Below are positions 14,201 through 26,863 of a DNA stretch of 64,000 nucleotides, piece by piece. The position numbers and the translations under genes were made by a program. The notes beneath the pieces are model-generated. The model was not told the origin of the DNA, ran no database searches, and saw only the letters and a list, made by a program, of their open reading frames with translations. Every line of letters begins with the position of its first letter. Position 1 is the stretch's first letter. Source of the DNA: Owenia fusiformis (Eukaryota); the NCBI GenBank assembly GCA_903813345.2, contig CAIIXF020000001.1, positions 37,696,001 to 37,760,000 of the forward strand, written 5' to 3'.

Positions 14201-17200
14201 AAAATACTGTCAATATGCATGTTTTTACTCGATATTGCATTGAATATATAAGTTTCAATGACTTGGATATGCTTGTATTAAATTATTATATTGTATGTAC
14301 ACATAAATGAAAGAATATATGTAATAAAATCAGAATAAACTTACGACGAATTGTGCTTGTTTATATTTCCGGCTTTCCACCATTGACGCATTAAAAATAC
14401 GAACGGTCAAAAGCGATGTTGTTCGCACTTCGCGCGACTCGAAACAGATTCGAAACTCGAATCGTCATTTTCTGACTCGAATCGGATTCGACTCGAATCG
14501 GATTTTTTCGACTCGTCTCACCCCTAGAAATTATATTATACAGAAGATAATCAACATAATAGAAGTATCATATTCAAAATATCCTTCAGTACAAAATTGA
14601 CACTCTATCTTGTTTCTGAAGACACAAAAGCTGACCATGCATCGGAATGAACTTAAAATCTCGAAACCATGTAATCCATCAGATATAGATATAGAAATAT
14701 TTTCAAATACCCTTTGTGAGATGATGTTAAAATACAAGAAATCAATTTCTGTTCCCACTCACATGTGTTTGCAATAGTTTGTTGTCTATTAGAAGCAAAG
14801 AGTGGAAGTGACCCATCCATGTTCCCATGTTATCTTCAAAATATTCAGGTAGGTCCTGCAAAGAAAAAACAAACATTTTTGTTCCAGTTTTCAACTTTTT
14901 AAAGCATTAATTATAATTCAAATTGAATTTACATAACATGAAATAGCGAACTCCTTTTTACCATAAAAGTAAAACGTTTGATCCTCAATATGCATGAATG
15001 CCATTTTCCTCTTAGATGTCTTTGATAATGTTTAATAATTTTCACAGAATGGGGAAAACATATTGAATATGGAAAGATTCTAGACTCACCTGAAAGTTAA
15101 GGCTGTAGAAGATCTTACAAATAAGAACTAGGGAGCTGAAAATAATCTTCAATGCTGCGAGGTTACTGGCATTTTGATTGGCTCGCTCCATAGTATCCTA
15201 AAACAAAGATATAAATTAAACTTTTGGGCTCACCTTAATATTACTATAATAATAAGAATGACTATGCTACTCATGAGTAAACTTTTGAAACAAGGCATTT
15301 TATCAATAAGACAAATTGTCACAACCTGGTTTAAAAAAGTGTAGCAATTTATTACAGACACCAAACACTGATGCTAGGTGCAAGTCACAAAACTCTGTGG
15401 CTATGACATCCCTTTTTACTGGTGACAACAAAACAGAAGAATGATTATATTAATGTTTATCAGACATTCGGGGACCCTGAAATGTATACATACTACGAAA
15501 TACTGATTAGAACTTTGTACATTTGGTCTCCTAAGATTTCACTTACATTGAACAACTGTGTCAACGGAGCAGCGAAATTATCTAATACATATTTGATTTC
15601 CGTCCACAATTTTTGAGATTTGAATTCATGGCGATACCTGCAATGTAAAACACCATCAAATATAAGACAAATTAGATAAACTTACTGGAATAAATAAACA
15701 TTTAAAAGGGTAAAACGGAGAGACAGCATTTATTTCTTATAAGGTAAAACTTTGGCTCTTGATTCGCAATCACATTTAACTTTATCTTTGTTATTATTTC
15801 CATTATAAGGTCATGTTAAAATCCTACTATACCCCTTAAAACAATAATTGGGAATGAGAAAAGATTATTGTATAATGCCCTTAATATCCATCGAGGATTC
15901 TCTGGCATCCCTTTATCTTTATCTTTCAATAAATGACTTTTAGTTACTAATGATAAATACTAGAATGTTTCAGAATCATACCTCTTGAATATGGAGTGTG
16001 CTGTTCTGAGGACTCCATTTATAACATGAGTGTCTCCACTTTGAAACTTTGACACCATTTCACCAAGAAGTTCTGGCCACTTGTCGGGAAAATCCTCCCG
16101 TCCAATGTTACTTATAGCATCACTAAACTGAAATAGCAAAATGAGGAATTATTTTATCGAATTAAATGTGAGCAAGAAACGCTGACCACATGTGGTTGTG
16201 GTAAAATTAGACATTACAGAACACACAAGGCCTGAATATTTCAATAAATAAGCTTCCATACATGTATAGTCGGCCATTTTACAAAACCATGTGCTTCAGA
16301 TGAGTAAAGATGATGAGTAATGGGCAGGTTTTCTATACTAGACTTAGGTGCAAACTAATAATAAGGCATCTGTTGCAAAATGTCACCACCTGTCATTTGT
16401 TACAGACACCGACCACAGAATGCCGAACACCAACCACCAAACACCAGTCCATAAAAATTGGAAATATATAACAATATGTCATCACATGTAGTGGTGACAT
16501 AATTTAGCATTTCTAGAACCTTACAAACTCCTACCTGTTTCTGAATATGTTCAGGACTCTTCAGCATAAGTCCAACAATGAACTGTTTTATTGCAACTCT
16601 GTCATTTGCGTGTATTTTATCACCAGAATCTTCAATCTAAATGGATAATAATTTCAAGATTAGCTGACAGTTACTAAACAGTACAGGGTGTTCCAAAAGT
16701 AACAGGACTGGTGCTGGCATTTTGTCGAATATGCACCAATCGTCTTCAAAATTTTACATAATGTACTTCCATGTATTGTAACTAAGACTGCCAAGTTTTG
16801 ACAAAAATTATGAAACTGGGGTAGAGTTATGGTTGCTATGGCAACATGACATCACAATACCCGGGGCAACATTCCACACAGAAAGTTACAGAGACTTTAA
16901 GCATTTTGTACATCCCATAGCAAAGTTAGAATCCAACAACTGGTGGGAATTACATTTGCTAAATACATTATTTGATATTCCTATGTATCCTCTACTTTGA
17001 AAAGTAGAGTCCTCTTTGGTCAGTCCAAGAGTAGCACTCAGTATCCATGACTCAAACACATGAGTGAACCCATTTGATGACATGTCACGCAGGGTCGATA
17101 GGACAACTTGGAGAAGGTCATTCTCATCTTTAAAGGTCTTACCGCGCTGATTAGCATTCCATTACCCATATAAAAGTAAAAATTAGATATTGCATGATCA

Positions 17201-18687
17201 GAAGAGTATGATGCATGGTCTTAGATCTCAAGATCTAGCTCCGCTATAGCTGCAGTGGTCTTTAATGCTGACTTGCGGGCAGACGCCTTATCAAGGTGGA
17301 TGACTGGCTTCAAATTGGGTCTTTTCAAAAACTCAACAATGAATTGTGCAGACTGTTATACATAATAATATTTTAGGAAATTGAATAAATATTATTATTT
17401 TGAAATCATGCTTGAATCTGAGTTGTATAGCAACCCCATAACTATAAAGCAACTAATAAAACAAACAAGAACTTTTGTATTGTAATAGGCGAATTAGATA
17501 CTTTCTTCAGTCATATAAAAATGTTAGATATTACATTTTCATGAAAAAGTTGCCCCGGGTATTGTGATGTCACGTTACTATAGTAACCATAACTTTACCC
17601 GCATTTTATCATTTTTTCTGAAACTTTGCAATTTTAGTTGCACTATTTCAAAGTATAATTTGTGAAAATTTGAACATACTCGGTGCAGAATTGACAAAAT
17701 GCCAGCACCAGTCCTGTTACTTTTGGAACACCCTGTATACCCAACATAGCAACTAAAGTCCATTTTGCTTTTAATTGTCAGTCCAGGGGAGATGTCATTT
17801 GGGGGTAATTTGTACATGTTATTAGAATATACATACTCAATAAAATTGTCTTCGATAGCAAGATTGTGAAGTAATAATTATCAGCTGTATTGGAATCAGT
17901 GACTATAAACATGCATTTGGTTAAATTAAAGGAAGAATCAGAGCTATGGTGTTGAATACACCATACATCAAAAATCAAATATAAAAATAAGTCACATTTT
18001 GTTGTATTTTGTTACCATAAAAAGATGTTTGCCTTATCACTGATATATCTATAACATACCACTCTCCAGTTGCGCTTCACATAATTCTTGAACATAATTG
18101 AAGCACTGACTCTAATGGGGTCAGCACAGTCTGGTTTGTCAATAAGATGTAGCAGCAGAATTGGATAGTTTTGGTTTCCTTCTATTGATTCTAGAAACTT
18201 CTCAGCTGAAAGAAAAATGGAAAATAAAGCGTTACCCCTTGAACATTTTGAGGCAATGAAGGTGTAATCCTGCCATTAAAAGAAAAAATTCAATGATTTC
18301 AAGGATCTTTGCCCATATTGAGTTGTATGAGCACAGTTTATTCCAATACATTAACCCATGCTATTTTGCCGACAAACTATGCTCATTAAGGACATTAGGA
18401 CATTTAAAAGGATACAGGCAATAAATATGATTGTGAAATCAGTCTTGTCACAAGTCATAACTTTATTAAGTACTATACTGTATTTATTTTCATAAAATAA
18501 CAACATCATGCTGGATAACTGGGTACCCAATATGAATAAGGAATATATTGGATATACAGTCACTAAGGGAAGATTTATAACTGGATTTATTTATTTCCTT
18601 ACCATTTTTTCTTTCTGCAAAGTCGACACTAAGTGTCTTTTCTAAATAGCCCCCAAGAGTCTGTAGGTTCCCTTCATTTACTTCCAT
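5208..18687 (-). CDS. CSE1L: Exportin-2 (CAS/CSE1L), complete, 24 coding exons, 967 aa
   Basis: Exons (minus): 18687-18603, 18205-18060, 16636-16535, 16127-15982, 15637-15547, 15197-15090, 14855-14763, 14012-13845, 13548-13422, 13080-13015, 12892-12690, 12395-12311, 11977-11779, 11453-11350, 10539-10442, 9897-9747, 9556-9357, 8436-8339, 8092-8007, 7624-7543, 7304-7158, 6669-6572, 6082-5952, 5297-5208. All GT-AG, total 2904 nt. Motifs AEKFLESIEGNQNYP, FKNYVKRNW, REDFPDKWP, FEDNPEEYIRRDIEGSDVDTRRRAACDLV, NPSKPHFNHYLFE, FQKLIASKSNDHEGF, LIGLFELPED. Confidence 0.97.
8644..9103. mobile_element. hAT-type MITE, copy 1
   Basis: TIR TAGGGGTGAGACGA/TCGTCTCACCCCTA; 8-bp TSD TCACTGAA/TCATTGAA (1 mismatch); near-identical to 14083-14526. 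Confidence 0.9.
10661..10988. mobile_element. Tc1/mariner-type MITE
   Basis: TA|CTCTACGCCCGGTATTTT ... AAAATACCAGGCGTACAG|TA; internal TTCGCG/CGCGAA repeats. Confidence 0.75.
14083..14526. mobile_element. hAT-type MITE, copy 2
   Basis: Same TIRs as 8644-9103; perfect 8-bp TSD GAAATTAT. Confidence 0.92.
16361..16501 (+). mobile_element. Short dispersed repeat, Helentron/HINE-like
   Basis: AAGGCAT...ATGTCACC..TGTCATTTGTTACAGAC.CCGA...ATATGTCA..AC...GTGGTGACATA terminal hairpin; related copies at ~15289, ~44435, ~50755 and ~54270 (minus). Confidence 0.6.
16684..17735 (-). mobile_element. Non-autonomous mariner derivative with long TIRs
   Basis: TA|CAGGGTGTTCCAAAAGTAACAGGACTGG ... CCAGTCCTGTTACTTTTGGAACACCCTG|TA, arms ~190 bp; decayed transposase on minus (HLDKASA; HASYSSDHAISNFYF, resembling HPPYSPDLAPSDFYLF). 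Confidence 0.88.
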
Positions 18688-18755
18688 TGTTATGGTATAG
18701 TCTAAAATACAAAAAGTTGTCGATTATTTTAAACTAACTTTGTGACTCCCATAGG

Positions 18756-19779
18756 CACGCCCGGTGATCGTGAATATGGGACGGAGGGGGGGAGCAGGCA
18801 ATTTCTGCTAGAAAATTCAACAAATCTGGTAAAATTATTTTTTCAAGACAGAGTTTAAGATTGAATTGCATATTGAATAAGGGCACGGTATGATAAAATA
18901 TGTTAAGTATTCTAGGATTATTTTTCAACCGATACTCTTTTAAGATATAAGATCTATTAAAAAAGGAGCAACACAACCAACGTGCAAAAGTCAAAGTTTT
19001 TGCTATAAATCAAGCAACAATGGACTACACGACCTGTAATAAATACTTGTAAGTGATGTTATCATAACTAAATTAATGTCTTTGCTGAATTTATAAAATA
19101 AGTTTCCATATGTAAAATAAAAAATAATCGAAAATAATTAAAATGGGACGGAGGGGGGGAGGGGACGGAGGGGGGGGAGTAATAATTCTATAAAGTGAAA
19201 CAACTTCACACGAATTCTTGTATTTGAAAAATGAACTCATTAACTTAGTAAGAAACTGGATGATATACCCCTAGAGACTGAAAAATGGGGACATTTGGAG
19301 TAAAAGGACTTAAAGTCGCGAAACATCTCTAATCATGTCTTATATACATATTGCTCCCCCCCCCTCCGTCCCCTCCCCCCTCCGTCCCAAATTCATTATT
19401 TTCGATTATTTTTTATTTCACATATGGAAACTTATTTTATAAATTCAGCAATGACATTAATTTAGTTATGATAACATCACTTACAAGTATTTATTACAGG
19501 TCGTCCAGACCATTGTTGCTTGATTTATAGCAAAAACGTTGATTTGTGCCTGTTGATGGCCTTGCGCCTTTTTTAATAGATCTCATACCTTAGATGCGTA
19601 TCGTTTCAGAAAAAATCCCAGAAAACCTAACATATTCTACCATACCGTGCGCCTATCCATTTAGCAATTCAATAGTAAACTTTTTCTTGAAAAAATAAAT
19701 CTTCCAGATTTGTTGAATTTCCTAGCAGAAATTGCCTGCTCCCCCCCCCTCCGTCCCATATTCACGATCACCGGGCGTG
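18756..19779. mobile_element. Foldback non-autonomous DNA transposon, Transib-like
   Basis: Termini CACGCCCGGTGATCGTGAATATGGGACGG/CCGTCCCATATTCACGATCACCGGGCGTG; arms ~430 bp; exact 5-bp TSD ATAGG. Confidence 0.85.
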
Positions 19780-20302
19780 ATAGGGGGATGTCATTATTTG
19801 CCAGATTAAATGGCCAGTAGTAACTTCCACAATCAATAGACTTTGACAATTGTTTTCAGCATAATTTTGGTCATCGAAAATGGATATCTTCAAAACTAGA
19901 CTTTCAATACCATTCTACTTTTGAAGAAGTTTTAGACCCCTTGGTGAATAATCTTTTCATGCAATAAAAACCAGAAAAAGAATATCCTCTTTTGAGTAAA
20001 TAGATTTAACATTTTGAAAAAAATGTTGACAAGGAGTCCCTATTAATAATTTTTCAAATTGTTTGATTGATATTTTTATCATTATGGGTACTTCACTTGA
20101 AAGGAAACATATTGTTTTAATAAAAACCACTGTATTTATGCCCAGAAAGCACTCGTGGTAAACCTGCACATCGCTCCAAAACGCAATATGTTGACATATA
20201 TTATTTTTACATTTTCAAGCTCTAGTATAAAGTCAGTGTAAATAAAAATTGTTTATTTCCGCGTAATATCAAAGCACAATGATTAAGTTGAAAAAATAAA
20301 AA

Positions 20303-20370
20303 TGTTTGCGCAGGATTCGAATCCGGGCCGCCTGCGTACTCAGGGAGCATTCTACCGCTGAGCTACCAGT
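20303..20370 (-). mobile_element. tRNA-derived SINE head or tRNA pseudogene
   Basis: Minus strand GGTAGCTCAGCGGTAGAATGCTCCCTGAGTACGCAGGCGGCCCGGATTCGAATCCTG; A and B boxes present, anticodon and acceptor stems poor. Confidence 0.6.
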
Positions 20371-21446
20371 TTAGTACGAACAAGATGAGTAATTAAATGA
20401 TACTTATTTTAAGTGTTATAATTTGGTAGTGACGTCATGTTCTAAATCTAGAAACCTTCCAAATATCATATCGATGCCGACAATCGAAGCAATTCAAAGA
20501 ACGATCTTTATAATGACACATTTATCTTGAGTATTTCAACACAAGATTTGCCCCATTTGTTCATCATTGTATAATCTTTCATTAAGCTCAAAATCATTAA
20601 GTTCGACCCCAGAACAACCCTAGATTGCATTTCGGGCAAACAGCAGCTTTAAAGATATGACTATCTAAAATCACTGCATACTGCACATGGACCTTTACCA
20701 TGGGTTATCCTCCAAATTTTTGAGATAAATAAACTAATGAAAACACTAACCCCCTCTATCGTCAGATTTCTCAGAAAATTCTGGTCCAACTTAAAATGAG
20801 ATTTCACACAGACTTTTGACATGTTTTCAGATAAATTGGGACCTACCTTATAAAGCCCCGATTCACTTACCAAATACCAGATGGCACTCTAATGGGGTAG
20901 GGAAGGAGAAAAATTACTTTTAATACACAAAACCAAATCACTAACGGTAACTGCTAGTATCCTTATGCAGGACTATATCCTTACTAGCTTCTCAAAGGTA
21001 TGTGACATTCTCATTCTTTAGCTAAATCTTATTTTTTAATTCTACCAATGCAGTCAAATTGTGAAAAAAGTAGTAATAACTTAATTTGACCAAGTTTTAC
21101 TTGGGCAAGGGGGTATAATGTCAAAACCATTTTGGGGTAACTTCGACATATGGGGTGACTTTGACTCATTGTTGTTTACTTGCTCTAATTTCCGATCTTG
21201 GGGGAAGCCATGTTTTTTCTTGCATGGATTGAGATCTTGAGAGATTTTATCTTTCCAGAAATCAAACATGGCATCAAACATCGATGTTACACTCCTTTGC
21301 CCGCCTAGCTGTGGAGGGAGTGAAACACTTCTCTAGACTATCTTGAGTCCCACAAAAATATTTCCAATGTTTTCTACAGTGGGGATCATAAAGAATTGCA
21401 AAAGCTATGAAAATTAAATGCTGTTGCACATGTAATAAATTCTTAC

Positions 21447-21803
21447 CTCAGTGTATTCAGTGCTCTATTTTCTCCGTCTGAGTAAGTCCAAATATAGTGG
21501 AATTTGTGTCCCTAATGACAAATAAGAACTTCAAAAGTTGAAGTGGATATTCACATGTTATGCCGACTCTTCAAATGTTGAGGTGATTTTGTCGCCCGAT
21601 TGCACCGGAACGGAGGATTGGCTCCCAGAATGCAACATGACACGTGCCAGCTTTCAAAATGCTGTTCCGCCATTTTGAAACCTGTCATGAATAAATACGG
21701 CAACTGATGTTGCATTCTGGGAGTCAACCGTCCTTGGATAACAAACATGGCGATTCATGAAAACATTCATTCGATTTGGTAGGGATTTATCCATTATTTG
21801 CAG
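21447..21803. promoter_or_regulatory. Putative bidirectional promoter with CSE1L non-coding exon 1 (minus) and a divergent first exon (plus)
   Basis: Minus donor GAG|GTAAGA at 21447; plus donor CAG|GTATGA at 21803; inverted GGAGGATTGGCTCCCAGAATGCAACAT pair at 21612 and 21707-21733; YY1-like (A)AAATGGCG/ACATGGCG in both orientations. Confidence 0.6.
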
Positions 21804-22299
21804 GTATGAAGCTTTGGATTCATTTATTGTGCTACTTTAGTGAACAGGAATTGTTTTTCTACCGCTTGGGAGAGTTTGAGACACGAAACTTGGAAATTAG
21901 CTCATTGTGACAACTTGTGAACGTTGAGTTTTATTTTTGTCCCCCACTGTAATTGACCTGAAAAATATTACTGTACTGTCAGTTGATTAACTTGGCCTTC
22001 GTGAATCTTGTCTAACTTTTAGGCTCTAATTTGGCCAAAGAATTACTACCTTTTTGTCTTAGATATAGCCTTAGACTTTTAGGCTAGATCTAGGCAAGAC
22101 AAAAAAAATTTAAAAAAATAGACCGGCAAAAATCGGAGAAAGAAGTTAGAAAAACAGAGTAGTTGTTTGATAAAGCAGCACCGAATGGGCTTGACGGTTA
22201 CAATATATTGTTTTTACAAACTTGCAATACTTGTTCAAAGTTTAATATTAGAACAGTAAACAGTTATAACGCAAAAACTTAAAATCACTCACATGTAAT

Positions 22300-22530
22300 T
22301 TCAAAATGGCAACGTCTCGAAATATCTCGCTCCAAGTCTCGAGTCACGTGACTTTGTTTACAAACTTGTCCAAGGAGGATCAAGGGAAAGATCAATACCC
22401 GGTGATTTCAGCGGGAAGTGGCGTTTCGTTCAGTGGATGAGCTGCGCGCGCACGCATAAATGTGATTATCCAATATAATTAGGGGAGGGCTATTTGAAAT
22501 AGTTTTTGGTCTCAGGCGCGACCCAGGGCT
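22300..22530. promoter_or_regulatory. CpG-rich promoter-like segment
   Basis: E-box GTCACGTGAC, ETS-like GGGAAGTG, GCGCGCGCACGC cluster within AT-rich DNA. Confidence 0.35.
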
Positions 22531-23572
22531 GTTGTCTTAAGGACATTTCGTTGAAAATGAGCCATTCTGCTGATAATTGGTAAGAGTTTGCGATCTTATA
22601 ATGTATAACTGTTACTCAGACACATATTTTGACACGATTCTGTTGGAAATAAGCTTTGAACCGAGAGATATTCACGATTGATATGCACATTTTTGATTGT
22701 GCCATTGCTTTTCCATTGCACAATCCATGTATTGATAGAAGAAACATTAATAATGCAGATTGGTTTACCTTCAATACATGGCAGACACTACATATCGGTC
22801 TATTAATACCAGTTTGTGCCTTAAATAGTTTTATATTTCCATCCACGGCCTGGAGCCTGGGTGTGTTTGTCTCTTATGTGTATGCTTGTGCATGGACTTC
22901 TAATCACTAGCAGAATTTAACATGATGCAAACTCGACATTATAACTCATGCTGTAACATTTTGACTTCGCTGGAAAACAATAGGAATTATTTTTCTTGCC
23001 AATCAATCATGAATCACAATCAAAATTTCAGAATGAGCAATCAGGCAATGATCCAAATCAAGTTATAACATTATATGATATTCAGCAAGAAGTCCGGTAG
23101 AAATACAGAATATTTAAACATCAAAGCTGAAAGTTAAAATCTAATCTGTCAATTTTCTGTCTGCAAAAGAGCGTTTACATTTGACACAATAACAGACTGA
23201 GGCTTTGAAATCTAGGATTCCCCAGGAAAATATGACGTCATACTAATTAGCATAAGGATTTCCCTATTGGTTTGGGTCGAGCCTTGTTCGAAAACACAAT
23301 CCATAAATACATGCTAATTTCTAAGGAGATAGGAAGTGTATAACGTGTTTATCGATTTTGTTTAAATATTTAATCAATTATCAAATTGTTTAAGTGGATA
23401 AAGTGGTCACACTTGCTTCAATTCATAGCGAACTCGACGGATAGAAACTGACCGAATTCCCGATATCCTACCCCGTATTACTGTAGGCTATAAGCACAGT
23501 GACCTACAGAGGGCGCTATCACAAACAAGTACTGCACGAACCGATAAATTCCCGGGTATTGTAACGCCCTTG

Positions 23573-23871
23573 GGAGGATTGGCTCCCAGGATCGAAACTC
23601 GATATTTTCCAACAATGAAAACGTCGAAATGTCGTTATTTTCTGAAATTAAAACCGACTATAAATTCAAAATAAACAGTTCAAAAGATTCGAACCAATAT
23701 CTCGATCATTTCTTGTGAGTTTTGGAATTTTTCGTTTGGAAATAAGACCAAAATTCACGATTTAAATGTTGAAGTGAGCAAAATGGCGGCTGTTTGAATT
23801 CGAATTTTGTATTACGACATACCCATATATGGGACAGAATATCGGTGGTGCACTCTGGGAGCCAATCCTCC
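23573..23871. repeat. 17-bp perfect inverted repeat cassette (MITE or promoter module) upstream of profilin
   Basis: GGAGGATTGGCTCCCAG ... CTGGGAGCCAATCCTCC, flanked by TTG on both sides; internal CAAAATGGCGGC. Confidence 0.7.
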
Positions 23872-23927
23872 TTGAAACTTGTCTGAGATTTTCTTACGTT
23901 TGAATGACTGATTATAGGTGTATTATT

Positions 23928-24347
23928 ATGTCAAATAAAATTGATGACAGCATCGGGGAATGGCAAAACTACATAGATAATATACTTATGGCTAGGGGAG
24001 GGGTGTCTAGAGCAGCAATCCATGGAATAATAGACGGTAAAAGATGGGCAACAACGCCTGACTTTGGAGAAATATCCCTCTCTGAGATTCAATCATGTAT
24101 TGATGGATTTATTGAACCCGAAAAATTACAAACTGAGGGTATACGTATTGCAGGAGAGGCATTTTCTTTTGTCAAGATGGATATGACTGATAGCTACATT
24201 TATTGTAAAAATCCAAAGACAGGATGCATGATTTGCAAATGTAAGAAATGTATTATATTTAGTCAACACGATGACCCTAACATTATAGGACATTGCAGTG
24301 CCACCACGTTATATTTAGCTGATTTTTTGAAAAGTTTCGGCTGCTGA
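23928..24347 (+). CDS. Profilin family protein (intronless CDS, 139 aa)
   Basis: EWQNYIDNILM..GGVSRAAIHG..DGKRWAT...GIRIAGE...LADFLKSFG profilin pattern; possible acceptor TTATAG at 23917; alternative ATG at 23904. Confidence 0.9.
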   Translation: MSNKIDDSIGEWQNYIDNILMARGGVSRAAIHGIIDGKRWATTPDFGEISLSEIQSCIDGFIEPEKLQTEGIRIAGEAFSFVKMDMTDSYIYCKNPKTGCMICKCKKCIIFSQHDDPNIIGHCSATTLYLADFLKSFGC

Positions 24348-26863
24348 TTAATTTATCCAAGGCCTAATAAAAGATACATTTACGACCTTGAACAAGCATT
24401 ATCATCACTCTCTTGACTTAGACGATGTCCCGGGGATACGCCCCCCCCCCACCGGATACGCCCCGCACCCCTACATAGTGTTCGTCTGACAAACCGATTT
24501 TGGAAAGATGACTGTTTCAATAAACCAACTTTGAATCAGTTACGCGTTCAACTGACAAAAACACAAAGGATGACAATAGAGAAAACTGATTCTTGAAGAT
24601 GAACTCAATTTTCTCCTGCTGTTTACGTTACCAGCGACAAAAATCGAAGAACACTTTTAATACGAATAACAAGTTTATTGTAATGAGTACAATAGGTAAC
24701 ATTTGGAATATTTGCACATGAGTTAATAGCTTTACTGTAACATTTAAGGGATATTTACATTTGAGCTTTATCTTCCGTTTTTGCTAAACTTGTATAGGCC
24801 TTCACAATGGCATGGATTTACACAAGTAGTATATTAGCCGCTTGTCGGATATTTCTGATGATCCTAAGCAGTGGATACATATACCCAAAATTTCTTGTAT
24901 ACCCCATGATTTCAATTAGTTTATTAACATTGGGGTTGTTATTTTTTATGATGACCAAAATTGATTTTATTCCGTAAACGGCTACATCACTGAATAATTT
25001 GGGTAGATATGTGCAGCATGGCCAATTTTGGCTTTGGGTATACACTGGCCAATCTGAGAGGAAAAACATGGAATAATTATTAAAGAAGCCACATTTTTTA
25101 GGTCAAAATTCAGTTTTCTAGAAAAAATGGTATTAAATTAGTTGAAATCGTTTGCCGGGGCCTTGGACAAATCCCTGGAAAAGTGGATTTTCTAGTCAAT
25201 TTTAATATTTCGAGAAATTTTGTCCTTACAAACTCAAGAGAGGAATTAAACATGGATATCTTCAATCTTGGGAAATTTCAGTGACATTATGGAAAATATG
25301 GCCAAAAGGGGGTCTTTGGCGCGGCACAAAAGATATATTGGAGTGAAACCCCCGGGGCCATGATCGCCACGCCACGGAGTACTTTCACTCCATTACATAT
25401 ATACCTTACATTTGTTGTTCATGACTGAGCAACCCAAATTGCTTATTACATGGGCTTTCAAGAGATTTTATGTTATTTGTTTTTATTTGTCTTTCCTAAT
25501 TATTAATGGTTTAGATGTTAATAAGGTACTTTCAAAAATATACTAAACAATTACAATTAGACAAACAGAGTATCTTATTCATTTCTAGGGGTTGGGTATA
25601 GTCGAGTGACTTTTAAGCAGCCGAGTATAACAGATACGATTTTGACAAGACGTGCATTTACATTGAGATAAAATGTATGTTTTTTGTGATGATATTCAAA
25701 AGATTTATTTAAATTTATCGAAGAAACATTGGCATTTTTAAGCAGTTGGTATGTTAAATGTCCTTTCTCCTAGATTAGCAATGTTTGCTAGGGCTGTTGT
25801 AACGTATGTTGTATCTTGGAGCTTCAAATTCAATATGGCAACAATCCAACTGATAGTGCAATAATTTACTAAAAACTGCATCAGAATCAAAGAGTGGTCG
25901 ATTTTGATTTATCGATATTCGAAAGCCTGTTATCTCAGAAAAGCTAAAAACATATAGTTTTTAAAGTATATTTGTACTTCTCATTGAAAAAACGATAAAT
26001 ATTTGCAGCAAACCATTTGGTTAGAATTCAAAAAAAGTCACGATGCCTTATTAGTAGTACTTCTCATTTTGATAGCTTAACGACGGCAAGCAATATACAG
26101 AATTATGTTAGGCAAGGAAAACATACACTAAGGTCGATAAAAATACTTTTTAAATAAAGATGGCATACTGATTGATCTGTGTTTATTATTTATAATAAGA
26201 TAATATTTGATTCTGGTGCTGCCATCTTTATATCGGCCCAAAACCAATGAAAAACAGCTGTTCTGCACCCTCACTCAAAAAGGCACCACAGAGGCTGAGG
26301 GTAACGTCGGTACCAATTCGGTACGGTAATGGACATTTACTGGTAGTGGAAATTATTAACCGGCTTCCGGCGATGATAGCTCGTGAGGAATGAAATAACA
26401 TCTATCTTTATTTAAGGCATAAATTAGTTGTTATCACTTGCGCCTGGTTGCTTTTCTTCGTTTAAATGACGAAATAAGAATAAACTCCGATATTTTGAAA
26501 AATGTGAGTGTAGATCCCATTCTACGTTTTTTGATGGAGTGGAATTGATAAATTTATTTTATTTTCCTGGGGACCTCAATAAAGATAAACGTATTAATTA
26601 ATTTGATGATAAGAGTCCAGTTTTAGCTGAGAAAACACTTGTGATCAAAGAGACTATCAAAAATCAGTTTCAGCTCCATGTCATATATATCTTTATAAAA
26701 ACAGAAGTACGTAATATATATATATATATATGACTGAGTTCTATTCTATCATTTAATTTAATCAACAATTGACTGGTGAAATCATTTGTACATAGCTGTT
26801 GTTTTTGAATGGAATTAATAGGGCCGACACTTGTTTAACATATATTATATAGCCTATCATCTA

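Noticed and set aside
20303..20370. Functional tRNA gene
   Set aside because: Pol III boxes present but acceptor and anticodon stems do not pair; same for 1398-1475
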